A stretch of DNA of 64,000 nucleotides from an uncultured delta proteobacterium (GTDB taxonomy: Bacteria; Desulfobacterota; Desulfomonilia; UBA1062), in NCBI GenBank assembly GCA_963798485.1, contig CAWCTR010000007.1, positions 160,001 to 224,000 on the forward strand. Reading direction: 5' to 3'. The notes under the pieces are model-generated. The model did no database searches. It had not been told where the DNA came from and saw only the letters and a program-made list of their open reading frames with translations. The translations under genes were made by a program, and so were the position numbers. Positions 40,158-50,454 of this stretch are shown piece after piece; positions within the stretch are counted from its first letter, which is position 1; every line of letters begins with the position of its first letter.

Positions 40158-40796
40158 ATGCAGAAGACGAAGACCATGGAGAAACAGCTCAAAAAAAAGC
40201 GCCCCTACGGTCCTGATGTGAACCTGGTCTACCAGGACGGGGCGGCCCTTGTGGAAAAGACGTATCGGGACAAGCCATGGTCAGTCAAGAAGGCCGGCTT
40301 GCTCATGGTGCGCTGGGAGACATATATCTATTCAAAATTAAAAGGCATCACCGGCATCCCTCGTGTCATACAGAGCCCGGATGCCTATACCATCACAACC
40401 ACCTTCATGGGGGGGCATGACCTGAAAGACGCCGGCAGTAAGCCTGACGAGGCCTATTTCAAGAACCTGGAGGAACTCATCAAGACAGTCCATATAAAAG
40501 GCGTTGTACACCTGGACATGCGCAACCGCAGGAACTACGGCATGGACGATGAGGGCATGCCCTATCTTGTGGACTTTGCCACAAGCCTCTACACACCCCT
40601 TAAGGGGCCGTTGTGGAGGATGTTATGCAGGATCGACTGGATGGGATACCTGAAGGTCAAGGCCAGGCTTAACCCCATGCTCCTCTCCCGCCAGGAGAAC
40701 ATGCAGCACACCATGGGAAACGCGCTGAGCCGCCTGTGGTTTCCATCGAAGATTGTGCCCTTCTTAAGGGGCTTATTTCGCCGGTTCTCCCGGTGA
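40158..40796 (+). CDS. RIO1/Kdo-like small kinase
   Basis: GVVHLDMRNRRN and LVDFA motifs. Confidence 0.7.
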   Translation: MQKTKTMEKQLKKKRPYGPDVNLVYQDGAALVEKTYRDKPWSVKKAGLLMVRWETYIYSKLKGITGIPRVIQSPDAYTITTTFMGGHDLKDAGSKPDEAYFKNLEELIKTVHIKGVVHLDMRNRRNYGMDDEGMPYLVDFATSLYTPLKGPLWRMLCRIDWMGYLKVKARLNPMLLSRQENMQHTMGNALSRLWFPSKIVPFLRGLFRRFSR

Positions 40797-41069
40797 GCCG
40801 CCAAGTTGACGCAGTGTGTCCTGTGCCTGTTTGATCTGGCGCTTAATGACCCTCACCCTGAGGTAATGGGAGGCCTGCCGGGGAAGCTCTATTGTCATGA
40901 TGGGAACCATACCGGCCACAAAGAAGACCAGCATGAGTGTCCAGAGCTGGAGAGGCGCCATGATCCGGTAGCCTAGAAAAGAAAGGGTAAAACCCTGTAT
41001 GTTGTTTACACAAAAGGTGATCACCACAAGCAACATCAGGATGGAAAACACGATTCTCATATACTGCAT
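40773..41069 (-). CDS. LapA/DUF1049-family membrane protein
   Basis: Two TM helices with FCVNN motif and a basic coiled tail. Confidence 0.65.
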   Translation of the reverse strand: MQYMRIVFSILMLLVVITFCVNNIQGFTLSFLGYRIMAPLQLWTLMLVFFVAGMVPIMTIELPRQASHYLRVRVIKRQIKQAQDTLRQLGGSPGEPAK

Positions 41070-41249
41070 GGAATTCCTATACTCCCTCATAAATAGTGAA
41101 ATCAATCTCAATAGTCACATGAAACGAATTCCCGGAATCCGGATACGTTCATACCCTTAATGAAAATGGTATTGATATTTTTAGCGGCCCCATATATATA
41201 CCTCTGTTTGTGTCTATTGTTCACTTCCAGGCCAATAGAGGAGCCGTGA

Positions 41250-42533
41250 ATGCCAAAGATACGTTCCTTCCGGGGAATCAGATACAACGCTGATCAGGTT
41301 GATCTGGCAAGTGCGGTATGCCCCCCCTATGACATCATAGCGCCCCCGCAAGTCGATGATTTTTATAACAAGAGCCCATATAACACCATAAGGCTCGTAC
41401 TCGGCAAGCAGTTCCCCAAGGACAACAAGGACAACAACCGCTATACCAGGGCGCGGGACTTGTTCAGGCAATGGATAAAAGGTGGTGTCCTCATCCAGGA
41501 TAAAAAACCTGCGCTGTACTACCATGAGCAGACCTACACCATCGGGGACAAGACCTCTACAAGAAGGGGCTTTATTGCATCGGTCCGCCTTGACGACGAC
41601 GACAAGAAGAATATCCGGCCTCACGAGCATACAATAAAAAGCCCCAAGCTCGACCGGCTTCGCCTGATGAGTGAGGTGAGAACGAATTTCAGTTCAATCC
41701 TCGGCATCTATTCCGACTCGAAGAAGACCATTGAAACTCAGGTCAAGGCCAAGCTCGGACCTGCTGACATCGATTTCTCCACCAAAGAAGAGGCCCATAA
41801 GCTCTGGATCATCAATGATGCGTCAATAATAGAGAAGATGGCAAAAATGATGCAGAGCAAAAAGATCCTCATCGCAGACGGGCAGCACCGCTACGAGACC
41901 GCCAAGATCTATCGCGACCGTATGAGGGCTGTATCCGGCAAGCATGACGGAAATCAGAATTACGACTATATCCAGATGTACCTCACCAATATGGATGATG
42001 GTATCAAGATACTGCCTGTTCACCGCATCATCATCGACAGTATGGGTGTCGGTCTCGTGGATCTGGAATACCGGATCAAGGAAATCTTCAACATGGTGCC
42101 CTTTGACAACCGCAAGGCGTTTATCACGGCCTTGAACAAGAGCGGAAAGGGGAGCATCGGCCTGTATGTAAAAGGCATACCCAGATTTTACCTTCTGCAG
42201 CTTTCCCATGATACCGAGTTGGAAAAATATCTGCCGTCAGGCACCCATCCGCTTCTGAAGAATCATGACGTGACCATCCTCCATGAATGCATAATCGACC
42301 CCATTTTAGGCATCGGCACAAACCTGGAGAACAAGCGCATCATGTTCACGAACAAGGCCGATGAGGCTATTGACATGGTAGCAAAGGAACAGGCCGACAT
42401 TACCTTTCTCCTCAACCCACCCACCATGGAAGATGTTTTGGAGGTCGCAGAGGCGGGCTTGAGGATGCCGCACAATTCAACCTATTTTTATCCCAAGACC
42501 CCCGCAGGCCTGGTCTTCCATTCCTTAGAATAA
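41250..42533 (+). CDS. DUF1015 family protein
   Basis: PPYDII, IRPHEHT, IADGQHRYETA, STYFYPK. Confidence 0.9.
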   Translation: MPKIRSFRGIRYNADQVDLASAVCPPYDIIAPPQVDDFYNKSPYNTIRLVLGKQFPKDNKDNNRYTRARDLFRQWIKGGVLIQDKKPALYYHEQTYTIGDKTSTRRGFIASVRLDDDDKKNIRPHEHTIKSPKLDRLRLMSEVRTNFSSILGIYSDSKKTIETQVKAKLGPADIDFSTKEEAHKLWIINDASIIEKMAKMMQSKKILIADGQHRYETAKIYRDRMRAVSGKHDGNQNYDYIQMYLTNMDDGIKILPVHRIIIDSMGVGLVDLEYRIKEIFNMVPFDNRKAFITALNKSGKGSIGLYVKGIPRFYLLQLSHDTELEKYLPSGTHPLLKNHDVTILHECIIDPILGIGTNLENKRIMFTNKADEAIDMVAKEQADITFLLNPPTMEDVLEVAEAGLRMPHNSTYFYPKTPAGLVFHSLE

Positions 42534-42686
42534 GGATCAATGCACGGGTCATTCCTGAAGGAATGGACAAGAGAGAAGCTTGACGAGATTAAATCTTCTA
42601 TTTTTTAATTTTCTTGGTATTCTGGAAAAGGCACCGGCAGAGTTCATGGCCGGAATTATGGAGGAATTCCTACGGAGGTTACCACA

Positions 42687-43973
42687 GTGAGGAAAAATAT
42701 TTTTATAATCATGATCGGTTTTTTCTTCTTGGGGGTATTCAGCGCACATGCATCCGATTACATGACGCTCGAAAACTCCATCACCATGGCCATCGAGCGT
42801 AACCCAGCCGTAAAGGCCCAGGACCAGGACGTCCTCGGGAAGGATATGGACAAGAAATCCCAGGTCGCCAAAATGCTCCCTTCGGTAGATCTTTCGTATG
42901 GGTACGTACGGCTGCAGGATGCCCAGACGATATCGTTGCCTCTTATCGGTGCAGTCCCGTTAAGTTCAACAGGTATATACAGTACCGATATTAAGGCGAA
43001 GCAGGTCCTATTCACCGGAGGGGCCTTGTACAACAGCTATCTCATTGCCCAAAATGATAAACTTTCTGCAGAGTTCGATCGTGAGAAATTCATAAGAGAT
43101 CTCAAACTTCTCGTCATTGATACCTATTATGGTGTGATCAAGGCCAGACAGCAACGGGAGTTGGCCAAGAGCAACGTGGCGTCTGTCAAGAGCCACCTTG
43201 ATGTGGCCAAGGCCTTTTTCAATCAGGGAATGATCCCGAAAAACGATCTGCTGGAGGCCCAGGTAAAATATGCACAAAGCGAGGAGCTGCTTATTACCGC
43301 TGAGAACGCAGTCAAGATCGCCGAGGCCAACCTGAACATCCTTTTGCAAAGAAACCTTATGGAGGAGGTAAACATCGACTCGGAGATACCGCTGACCAGC
43401 ATTGACCTAACCTTTGATCAATCCCTTGCCGCCGCCATGGAAAGCAGGCAGGAAATCAGGACAGCAAAGCTTCAGGTAGAGAATTCCGCCAAGGGGATCA
43501 ACCTGGCGAGATCTGCCTTCATGCCGAGTGTGGCCGCCACCTATGATTACGAGAGGCAGAGAGGTGAAGATCCCTCCATGACATATAATACATGGCAGGT
43601 AGGTATAGGCCTGACCTGGAACCTCTTTTCGGGGGGGTCAAGCTATTGGAATTACAACAAGTCCCAATACATGAATTCCAAAGCAGGTTTCCTGTTGGAA
43701 AGCCTGAAGAACCAGGTTACCCTTGAGGTCAAGAACTCGTGCCTCAATATTGAGGAAGCAACGGCCCGTTTGCAGGTGGCGGAAAAGACCATTGCGCAGG
43801 CAGAAGAGTTAGCCAGGATACAGAAAGACCGGTATAACCTCCAGGTGGCGACCACTACCGATGTGCTGGATGCACAGACCTTGCTGATTCAGGCGAAAAA
43901 TAATTATTTAACCGCACGCGCCGATCATGCAAGGGCTATTGCAGCATTGCGCGCCTCCATGGGCACCCTCTAA
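42687..43973 (+). CDS. TolC-family outer membrane efflux protein
   Basis: Signal peptide and duplicated OEP repeats (LP.V.L..; DLLEAQ/DVLDAQ). Confidence 0.9.
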   Translation: MRKNIFIIMIGFFFLGVFSAHASDYMTLENSITMAIERNPAVKAQDQDVLGKDMDKKSQVAKMLPSVDLSYGYVRLQDAQTISLPLIGAVPLSSTGIYSTDIKAKQVLFTGGALYNSYLIAQNDKLSAEFDREKFIRDLKLLVIDTYYGVIKARQQRELAKSNVASVKSHLDVAKAFFNQGMIPKNDLLEAQVKYAQSEELLITAENAVKIAEANLNILLQRNLMEEVNIDSEIPLTSIDLTFDQSLAAAMESRQEIRTAKLQVENSAKGINLARSAFMPSVAATYDYERQRGEDPSMTYNTWQVGIGLTWNLFSGGSSYWNYNKSQYMNSKAGFLLESLKNQVTLEVKNSCLNIEEATARLQVAEKTIAQAEELARIQKDRYNLQVATTTDVLDAQTLLIQAKNNYLTARADHARAIAALRASMGTL

Positions 43974-44004
43974 CCGGAATCTCTCCACCCTGAGGAGATA
44001 GTGC

Positions 44005-44036
44005 AAAACCCCCGGGATAATCTGGGGGTTTTCTTC
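44005..44036 (+). terminator. Rho-independent terminator
   Basis: AAAACCCCC..GGGGGTTTTCTT. Confidence 0.7.
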
Positions 44037-44091
44037 TATTGAAAGATGCCGGCCTTGATAGTCCGCAAGCAAGTGTGCTAACCACTCCCCC

Positions 44092-45723
44092 ATGACAAAA
44101 CAGCACTCCTTAACGGCCGAGATATCAAAGGTGCTTGCGTGCCCGCCTTCGGAGCGTGGCAGGGGCATCATCGACTCGCCGTTTACCAAGCAGATCCTCG
44201 AACAACTGCCTCCGCAAGAAACATATTTAATAATCAAGGAGGCCTGGGGCTCGGATAGCCAGATCCTGCTCCAGTATGTGCCTCCCGAGGCGGTGTGCCA
44301 CTTCATAGACCTTGACTGCTGGGATGGGGAGAATTTCTCCGTGGAAGCAGGCATGGAATGGCTTGTTGAGATCCATAATGCCTCTTTCGAGACGTTTATG
44401 CAGGCCCTTGAAACCATCGACCTGGAGATACTGGTGCTCCTCTTCCAGACTTATATCGAGGTAGTACACGTAAGGCCTTCTGACGAACAGATCCCCGATC
44501 TCATCGATGAAGGTTTCGAAAGCATCGATAATATGTACTATTACCGTATCGTCCTCGATGATGACCACACCCACTTCATCAAGGAAATGCTGAGTATCCT
44601 CTTTACCGGTTACCGGGACCTCTATTACGTTATCCTTGAAGGCGTCATGAACGAACTGAAGACCGGGATGGAGGAGACTACCTTCGAGCGGAGGTCTTTA
44701 CGCCTTATGGAGATGGGCTTCCCCCAGCCGGACGAGGCCATTAGCATCTATCAGCATATAAGGCCGGAAAGGCTCCTTAATCAAGGCATCATAAAGGAAA
44801 AGACTCCAATCATTAACAAGCACCTGAACATGCTCCCCACGATATACCTGGAGCAGTTCTCCCAAAACAGGGGATTGCTCGTGACATCCCTTGAAAAGAC
44901 CCCTTCCGAGACGAGAGAACGGTTTCTCTATGAAATGATCTATCTGGCCAATAAGATCATTATGGCTGATTTCAGGCCGCTCAATAACAGTAATGAGATC
45001 AAGCACAGCATGGAGAAGGCAAGCTCTCTTGCCACTTTAGGGTTAAGCATCGCCATGAAGGAAAAGGGGATGAGCGCAGAGAACGTCTTACGCGATATAA
45101 ATGCCGAGACCCTGTTCTCCCTCGGGTATAACATGATCTACAAGCAGCAGCGAAGGCTCAGGCTGCTCCTCAATGATGTCGAAGTGTCCATGATCCCGGA
45201 AAGATTCAAGGGGTATGCAGAAGGGCTCCTTAAGAAAAGACCTCTCTTTAAGGACAAAGAGTATTCCCGCATGGAGGACCTCGAAGAGGTAACGCACTTC
45301 GTTGATAAGATCGAAACCATGTCCCGCATCATGTCTGCCCTGAAGTGGGAGAACCAGATACCGAACCTGGCCGGGACCAATACCGGGGCAAACCTCGATA
45401 TGGAAACCGTCATCCTTACTTCAGTTGCGGTTAATGCCACCACGCAGCGCTCCGACTTCCGTCCATTGACCGCTGCAGAACTCACTACCTTCCTCTCTCA
45501 GGCAACCCGCCGCAAGGGCGGCATGCGTATCTCAGCACCCACGTTCATGAACGAACTGGAGACATACCTCTTAGGGCTCGACCGCACCCTGGACCCAGCC
45601 TTAATCGCAGATACCGCATCATCCCTTACGACCCGGATGGAAGACGAGATCGGCGGGCTGAAGGACCTGGGCCAACTCGATCCGAGGTTCATCTCCTGCT
45701 TTACCGTAAAGATCAAGGGCTGA
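44092..45723 (+). CDS. DUF6178-like hypothetical protein
   Basis: IDLDCW, R..RL.EMGFP..DEA..IY pattern typical of this deltaproteobacterial family. Confidence 0.65.
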   Translation: MTKQHSLTAEISKVLACPPSERGRGIIDSPFTKQILEQLPPQETYLIIKEAWGSDSQILLQYVPPEAVCHFIDLDCWDGENFSVEAGMEWLVEIHNASFETFMQALETIDLEILVLLFQTYIEVVHVRPSDEQIPDLIDEGFESIDNMYYYRIVLDDDHTHFIKEMLSILFTGYRDLYYVILEGVMNELKTGMEETTFERRSLRLMEMGFPQPDEAISIYQHIRPERLLNQGIIKEKTPIINKHLNMLPTIYLEQFSQNRGLLVTSLEKTPSETRERFLYEMIYLANKIIMADFRPLNNSNEIKHSMEKASSLATLGLSIAMKEKGMSAENVLRDINAETLFSLGYNMIYKQQRRLRLLLNDVEVSMIPERFKGYAEGLLKKRPLFKDKEYSRMEDLEEVTHFVDKIETMSRIMSALKWENQIPNLAGTNTGANLDMETVILTSVAVNATTQRSDFRPLTAAELTTFLSQATRRKGGMRISAPTFMNELETYLLGLDRTLDPALIADTASSLTTRMEDEIGGLKDLGQLDPRFISCFTVKIKG

Positions 45724-45806
45724 TAATTCTTTCTGCCTTATAAATTAGGGTTTTACATTCGAAGATGCTGTGAACCGTATGGTTTCTCTTAGACAGCAGC
45801 CCTTTA

Positions 45807-46871
45807 TCAAACCTCGCCCTCAAGATGTTTTTTGAACTCTGCATCTATGATATGTACAGCGAAGATAAGCAGCTTAAATCGTTCGTCTTTCGTCTGCCCA
45901 TGGTAATAACGGTAATAGATCTGCTGGAGAATAACGGCAATACGGAAGAACCCGAAGTAGAGGTAGAAATCGAAACTCTTTAGGGTGATGCCGGCCTTGT
46001 CCTCATATCGCTTGACCATCTCTTGGCGGGTGAGCGCGCCGGGCAGGTTGGTGGGCAGCATCCCTGCTAACTGGACTTCAGGCGGGTCATCGGCCTGAAC
46101 CCAGTATCCGAGCGAGTTGCCCAGGTCCATGAGGGGGTCGCCGATGGTGGCCATCTCCCAGTCGAGCACGCCGATGATCTTGAGTGGGTTGTCAGGATCA
46201 AGCACTACATTGTCGAACTTGTAATCGTTGTGGATGATGGCAGGTTTCTTATAATCCGGGGGCATGTTGTCATGGAGCCACTGCATGACCTTCTCAAAGG
46301 TGGGGGCGTCCGGGGTCCATGCGGCCTTGTAGCGTTCCGACCACCCCTCGACCTGTCTCCGCACATACCCTTCGGGCCTGCCGAAGCTTTCGAGCCCGAT
46401 AGTCTTGTAATCGATGGAGTGGAGCTCGTAATGGACATCCAGCAGATTTTCGCACAAGGTACGCATCTGAGCCGGGCTTAGTTCGAGCCCCTTGGGGAGC
46501 TTCTTCCTCAGGATGATACCGGGGATGCGCTCCATCACATAGAAGGGGCAGCCCATGACGGATTCATCTTCCTTATAGACCAGCGGCTTGGGACAATAGG
46601 GGAATACGGGATGTAAGGCGGTGAGAATCCGGTACTCCCTGCCCATGTCATGGGCGGTCTTGGCCTTGCGTCCGAAAGGCGGCCGCCTGAGCACGAGGTC
46701 CGTACCGCCGACCTTGATGAGGTAGGTGAGGTTCGAAAACCCGCTGGGGAACTGCTCAACCACGAGATCCCCGGATAACCCCGGGATAGCGTTCTTGAGG
46801 AAGTGCTCAACAACCTTGAGATCAAGCTCTTCGCCTTGTCTTACCTTCGTGGATTTGTCAATAAGATCCAT
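45807..46871 (-). CDS. APH-like phosphotransferase (LvaA/ACAD10-11 kinase-domain type)
   Basis: QFPSGFSNLTY, VLRRPP, AHDMGRE, HNDYKFDN, LDWEMATIGDP. Confidence 0.9.
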   Translation of the reverse strand: MDLIDKSTKVRQGEELDLKVVEHFLKNAIPGLSGDLVVEQFPSGFSNLTYLIKVGGTDLVLRRPPFGRKAKTAHDMGREYRILTALHPVFPYCPKPLVYKEDESVMGCPFYVMERIPGIILRKKLPKGLELSPAQMRTLCENLLDVHYELHSIDYKTIGLESFGRPEGYVRRQVEGWSERYKAAWTPDAPTFEKVMQWLHDNMPPDYKKPAIIHNDYKFDNVVLDPDNPLKIIGVLDWEMATIGDPLMDLGNSLGYWVQADDPPEVQLAGMLPTNLPGALTRQEMVKRYEDKAGITLKSFDFYLYFGFFRIAVILQQIYYRYYHGQTKDERFKLLIFAVHIIDAEFKKHLEGEV

Positions 46872-46888
46872 GTAACCCCTCCTTCTCC

Positions 46889-47587
46889 TCACTGTTGAGG
46901 CACTGCAAGGTATGTCTCAACAAGGTCCACGACAAATGCGGCATACTTCTCTACTGAAACATTCCGTCTGGCATATTTCCATCTCTTGAGGTACCAGTCC
47001 TGAAGCATGGCCTTTATTACTGCGCCTGTGAGCTCCATATTGACGGCCTTGAAGACCCCCTTGTCACGGCCTTCCTTCATGATGTCGATGAGGAGCTTTT
47101 CCGTGGCAAGCTCCGCCTCGATGGCCTTTTTGTGCTCCTGCTTGGCAAGGTTCTTGGTCTCCATATAGGCAAAGTAGAACCACGGCTGCATGACCTCGCT
47201 GAGAAAGAGGTGGGACTGGATCACCCGTTTCAGTTTTAAGAGGGGGTCTTCTATGCCCTCGATCTGGTCCACCAACACCTTTATGACAACTGAAATCTGT
47301 CGCTGGATCATCTGCAGCAACTCTTCCTTGCTTGTAAAGTAGGTGTAGAGCGCCCCCATGCTCAAGCCGGCCTTGGCGCTCAGATCGCGCAGGCTCATGG
47401 CGGCAAAACCTTTTTCATTGCTCAAGGTCAGGGCTGCATCGAATATCTTCACGAGGTTCTTTACCGCCACCCCTTCCTTCTTGATCTTAATGCTCTCCCG
47501 GTTATCAAGGAAGAGCTCCCGGCACAGGTCCTCCATGGAGAGGCTCACGAGACCCTTGAATGTCTCGAATCTCAAATTACTATCCAT
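46889..47587 (-). CDS. TetR-family regulator
   Basis: GFAAMSLRDLS..GLSMGALYTYFTSKEEL. Confidence 0.92.
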   Translation of the reverse strand: MDSNLRFETFKGLVSLSMEDLCRELFLDNRESIKIKKEGVAVKNLVKIFDAALTLSNEKGFAAMSLRDLSAKAGLSMGALYTYFTSKEELLQMIQRQISVVIKVLVDQIEGIEDPLLKLKRVIQSHLFLSEVMQPWFYFAYMETKNLAKQEHKKAIEAELATEKLLIDIMKEGRDKGVFKAVNMELTGAVIKAMLQDWYLKRWKYARRNVSVEKYAAFVVDLVETYLAVPQQ

Positions 47588-47590
47588 AGG

Positions 47591-48799
47591 CTAGCGGGCC
47601 GTCCTGCCTTCATAGTCCCTTAGTATCCTCTTGGCTACGGACATCTTGTGGACCTCGTCCGCGCCGTCGTATATGCGGGCGGCCCTTTCGTGCCGGTAGA
47701 AGTAAGCAATGATGGTGTCATCCGTCATGCCCATGCCGCCGTGCACCTGCAGGGCCTTGTCGATGACCTCCTGCATGACGCCTGCCACAAAGAACTTGAT
47801 GAACGATATGTCGTAGCGGGCGGCCTTGGCGCCAAGCGTCTCGATCTTCCAGGCCGCGTTCAAGGTCATGAGGCGGGCCGCCTGGATGTTGGCCGCGCAC
47901 TCGGCGATCCAGGCCTGGATGATCTGCTTGGTGGCAAGCGTCTTGCGGTCGGGTTGAATGATGCGCGTGGAGGCCCTCACACACATGAGGTCAAAGACAC
48001 GGTTGCAGATACCGATCCAGCGCATGCAGTGGTGGATTCGGCCGGGGCCGAGCCGCTCCTGGGCGATCATGAATCCGTACCCCTCCGGCCCTAAAAGATT
48101 GGTCTGGGGGACCCGGCATGACTGGAACAGGACCTCGCCGTGGGAGGCATAGTCGTCGCCCGAATGACCCATGACCGGGATGTTCCTCACCAGGTTGAAG
48201 CCTTTGGTGTCGGTAGGCACGATGATCATGCTCGCCTGCATGTAGGGCGGCGCTTCCGGGTTGGTATTTGCCATGACAATGGAAAAGGCCGAGCCATCGG
48301 CCGCGGTGGAGTACCACTTCTGGCCGTTGATGATGTAGTCGTTGCCGTCCTTGACCGCGGTGGTGTCCATCATCACGGGATTGGAACCGGGCATCTCCAC
48401 TTCGGTCATGGAAAAGCAGCTCCGGATCTTGCCCTCGACCAGGGGCCTCAAGTACTTTTCCTTCTGCTCGGGCGAACCATGGAGGTGGAGGATCTCTATA
48501 TTGCCGGCATCCGGGGCATGGCATCCAAAGACGAAGTGTCCCAGCGGGGATCTGCCGAGTGATTCCGAGATAAAGGCATGCTCCACGAGATTAAGACCCA
48601 TGCCGCCGTACTCCCTGGGGTGGTTCGGGGCCCAGAGCTCCATCTTTTTTACCATGGTGCGTTTTTCTTCAATGACAGGGAGCATCTCCCTGAAGGTCTT
48701 GTGGAGAAACTCAGGCTCCAGCGGTATGAGTTCCTTTTCCACGAACTCGTCCATCATAGAGGTGATGGCCTTTATCTTATCCGGGACTTCAAAATCCAT
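47591..48799 (-). CDS. Acyl-CoA dehydrogenase (LvaC/ACAD11 type)
   Basis: CHAPDAGNIE, AQERLGPGRIHHCMR, RIYDGADEVH. Confidence 0.92.
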   Translation of the reverse strand: MDFEVPDKIKAITSMMDEFVEKELIPLEPEFLHKTFREMLPVIEEKRTMVKKMELWAPNHPREYGGMGLNLVEHAFISESLGRSPLGHFVFGCHAPDAGNIEILHLHGSPEQKEKYLRPLVEGKIRSCFSMTEVEMPGSNPVMMDTTAVKDGNDYIINGQKWYSTAADGSAFSIVMANTNPEAPPYMQASMIIVPTDTKGFNLVRNIPVMGHSGDDYASHGEVLFQSCRVPQTNLLGPEGYGFMIAQERLGPGRIHHCMRWIGICNRVFDLMCVRASTRIIQPDRKTLATKQIIQAWIAECAANIQAARLMTLNAAWKIETLGAKAARYDISFIKFFVAGVMQEVIDKALQVHGGMGMTDDTIIAYFYRHERAARIYDGADEVHKMSVAKRILRDYEGRTAR

Positions 48800-48826
48800 G
48801 GTCTCTCTCCTTTTTGTTGTAAGACG

Positions 48827-49538
48827 TTACCGATAGGTAATGAGGGCAGGGTCGCATGCGAGATCGAGATGGGCTATAGAATTGAACCCCGCCATGGTGA
48901 TCCTTTCTTTATTATACATGTAACGTGATATGGACGTATTCACGATCTGCCAGTTCAACCGCATGGCGTGCCCGCCGGGGATGCCTAAGACATATGCAAG
49001 GGATGCGGCAATGGCCCCGCCTGAGGTAAAGACCGCAATAATCCTGCCGTTGCCGTGCCTGGCCATAATGGACCGCAGCGATTCCGCAACACGGGCCTTG
49101 AGCCCTTCCCATGTCTCTATCCCCGGGGTATCGAATTCCCCGGTGACCCACCTGAGCATGGCGGTCTCGAAGACCCGCTTGAAGGAGGCCTTGCTAGACA
49201 TACATCCGGGCAAGCTCATCATGCAATGTCGGGTCGTCTAGTGCCATGGCCGGGAACATGGCCGTTACGATGGAGGTGGTGTCATACTCATTGAACCCGC
49301 CCATGAGCTCAAGACCGGGCAACTCTTTGCCACCGCTACGATAGGCAGCCAGGACCTCCTCGGCCGTGTCCTTCTGCCGTACCATGGTGCCCGAGTAGAC
49401 GGCATCGGGCCGAAACCCCGTATCGAAGAGGTGCCGGGCCAGGATGCGGGCCTGCTGTTTTCCAAGGGGTGATAGGTTGTCATAGTCATTATGGCCGAAG
49501 GATGCCTGGCCGTGACGGATGAGATAGATCATACTCAT
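48827..49538 (-). pseudogene. Histidine phosphatase family protein, frameshifted near 49196
   Basis: IYLIRHGQASF N-terminus and AVFTSGG..NTS..FN..HL..LITYR C-terminus in different frames. Confidence 0.85.
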
Positions 49539-49664
49539 GCAGTCATGATAACCAAGGGAGGGGGGTTTTGTCAAGCATTTAATGAGCGAGCGCTCGTTAT
49601 TTTACTTGCACTTTTTCTCTTTCTGATCTATCTTCTATACGAGAAAACACAGGAGATATTAAGG

Positions 49665-50444
49665 GTGAAAATCCTCGTATGCGTTAAACAGGTCCCTGAT
49701 TCCAGCGATACCCTTGCCATCGATGAACAGTCCGGCCGGATAGTATTCAAGCCCTCAACCGTGTTCAGGATGAACAGGTACGACGAGTTCGCCCTGGAAG
49801 AGGCACTTCTTATTAAGGAGAAGTTTCCAGGGACCTCGGTCCATGCGTTGTCTTTCGGTCCCGAGCGGGCCGGCGTAACTGTCCGCCGGGCCCTTGAGAT
49901 GGGAGCCGACCATGGTATCCATTTGGTTTTTACGCCCGAGATTTATATAAGCCCCTTTATTACTGCATCGTTCATCGCTTCATATGCCCGAACCAGGGGC
50001 TATGATTTGATCATGGCCGGGGTCATGGCCGAGGACGATATGGCCTGCCAGACAGGCCAGCTTATTGCAGTATTATTGGATCTGCCTTATGCCACCTCGG
50101 TCATCAGTACGGATTTCCAGAAGGAGGGCGGCACTGTGATTGTGGATAGAGAGATTGAGGGCGGGCGCAGGCTTTCTGTCCGACTCGAGATGCCGGCCGC
50201 GCTCACCATTCAGTCAGGGATTAACACCCCCCGTTATCCATCTCTCTCGAATGTTATGAGGGCAAGGACCCAGCAGCAAGAGGTCATAAAAATTGAGACC
50301 CCTGAGTTGCCGGAGCAACGCGAAACCTGCTCAAATCTCCGCCTTCCTGATTCCTCGTCCTTAGGGACTTTCATAACGGGATCGCCTAGGGAAAAGGCCG
50401 GCAAGCTTCTGCAGATCCTTTGTGAGAAGGCATTTCTTCGTTAG
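49665..50444 (+). CDS. etfB: Electron transfer flavoprotein beta subunit
   Basis: KILVCVKQVPD, ALEMGAD, NTPRYPS. Confidence 0.92.
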   Translation: MKILVCVKQVPDSSDTLAIDEQSGRIVFKPSTVFRMNRYDEFALEEALLIKEKFPGTSVHALSFGPERAGVTVRRALEMGADHGIHLVFTPEIYISPFITASFIASYARTRGYDLIMAGVMAEDDMACQTGQLIAVLLDLPYATSVISTDFQKEGGTVIVDREIEGGRRLSVRLEMPAALTIQSGINTPRYPSLSNVMRARTQQQEVIKIETPELPEQRETCSNLRLPDSSSLGTFITGSPREKAGKLLQILCEKAFLR

Positions 50445-50454
50445 CGGTATACCT

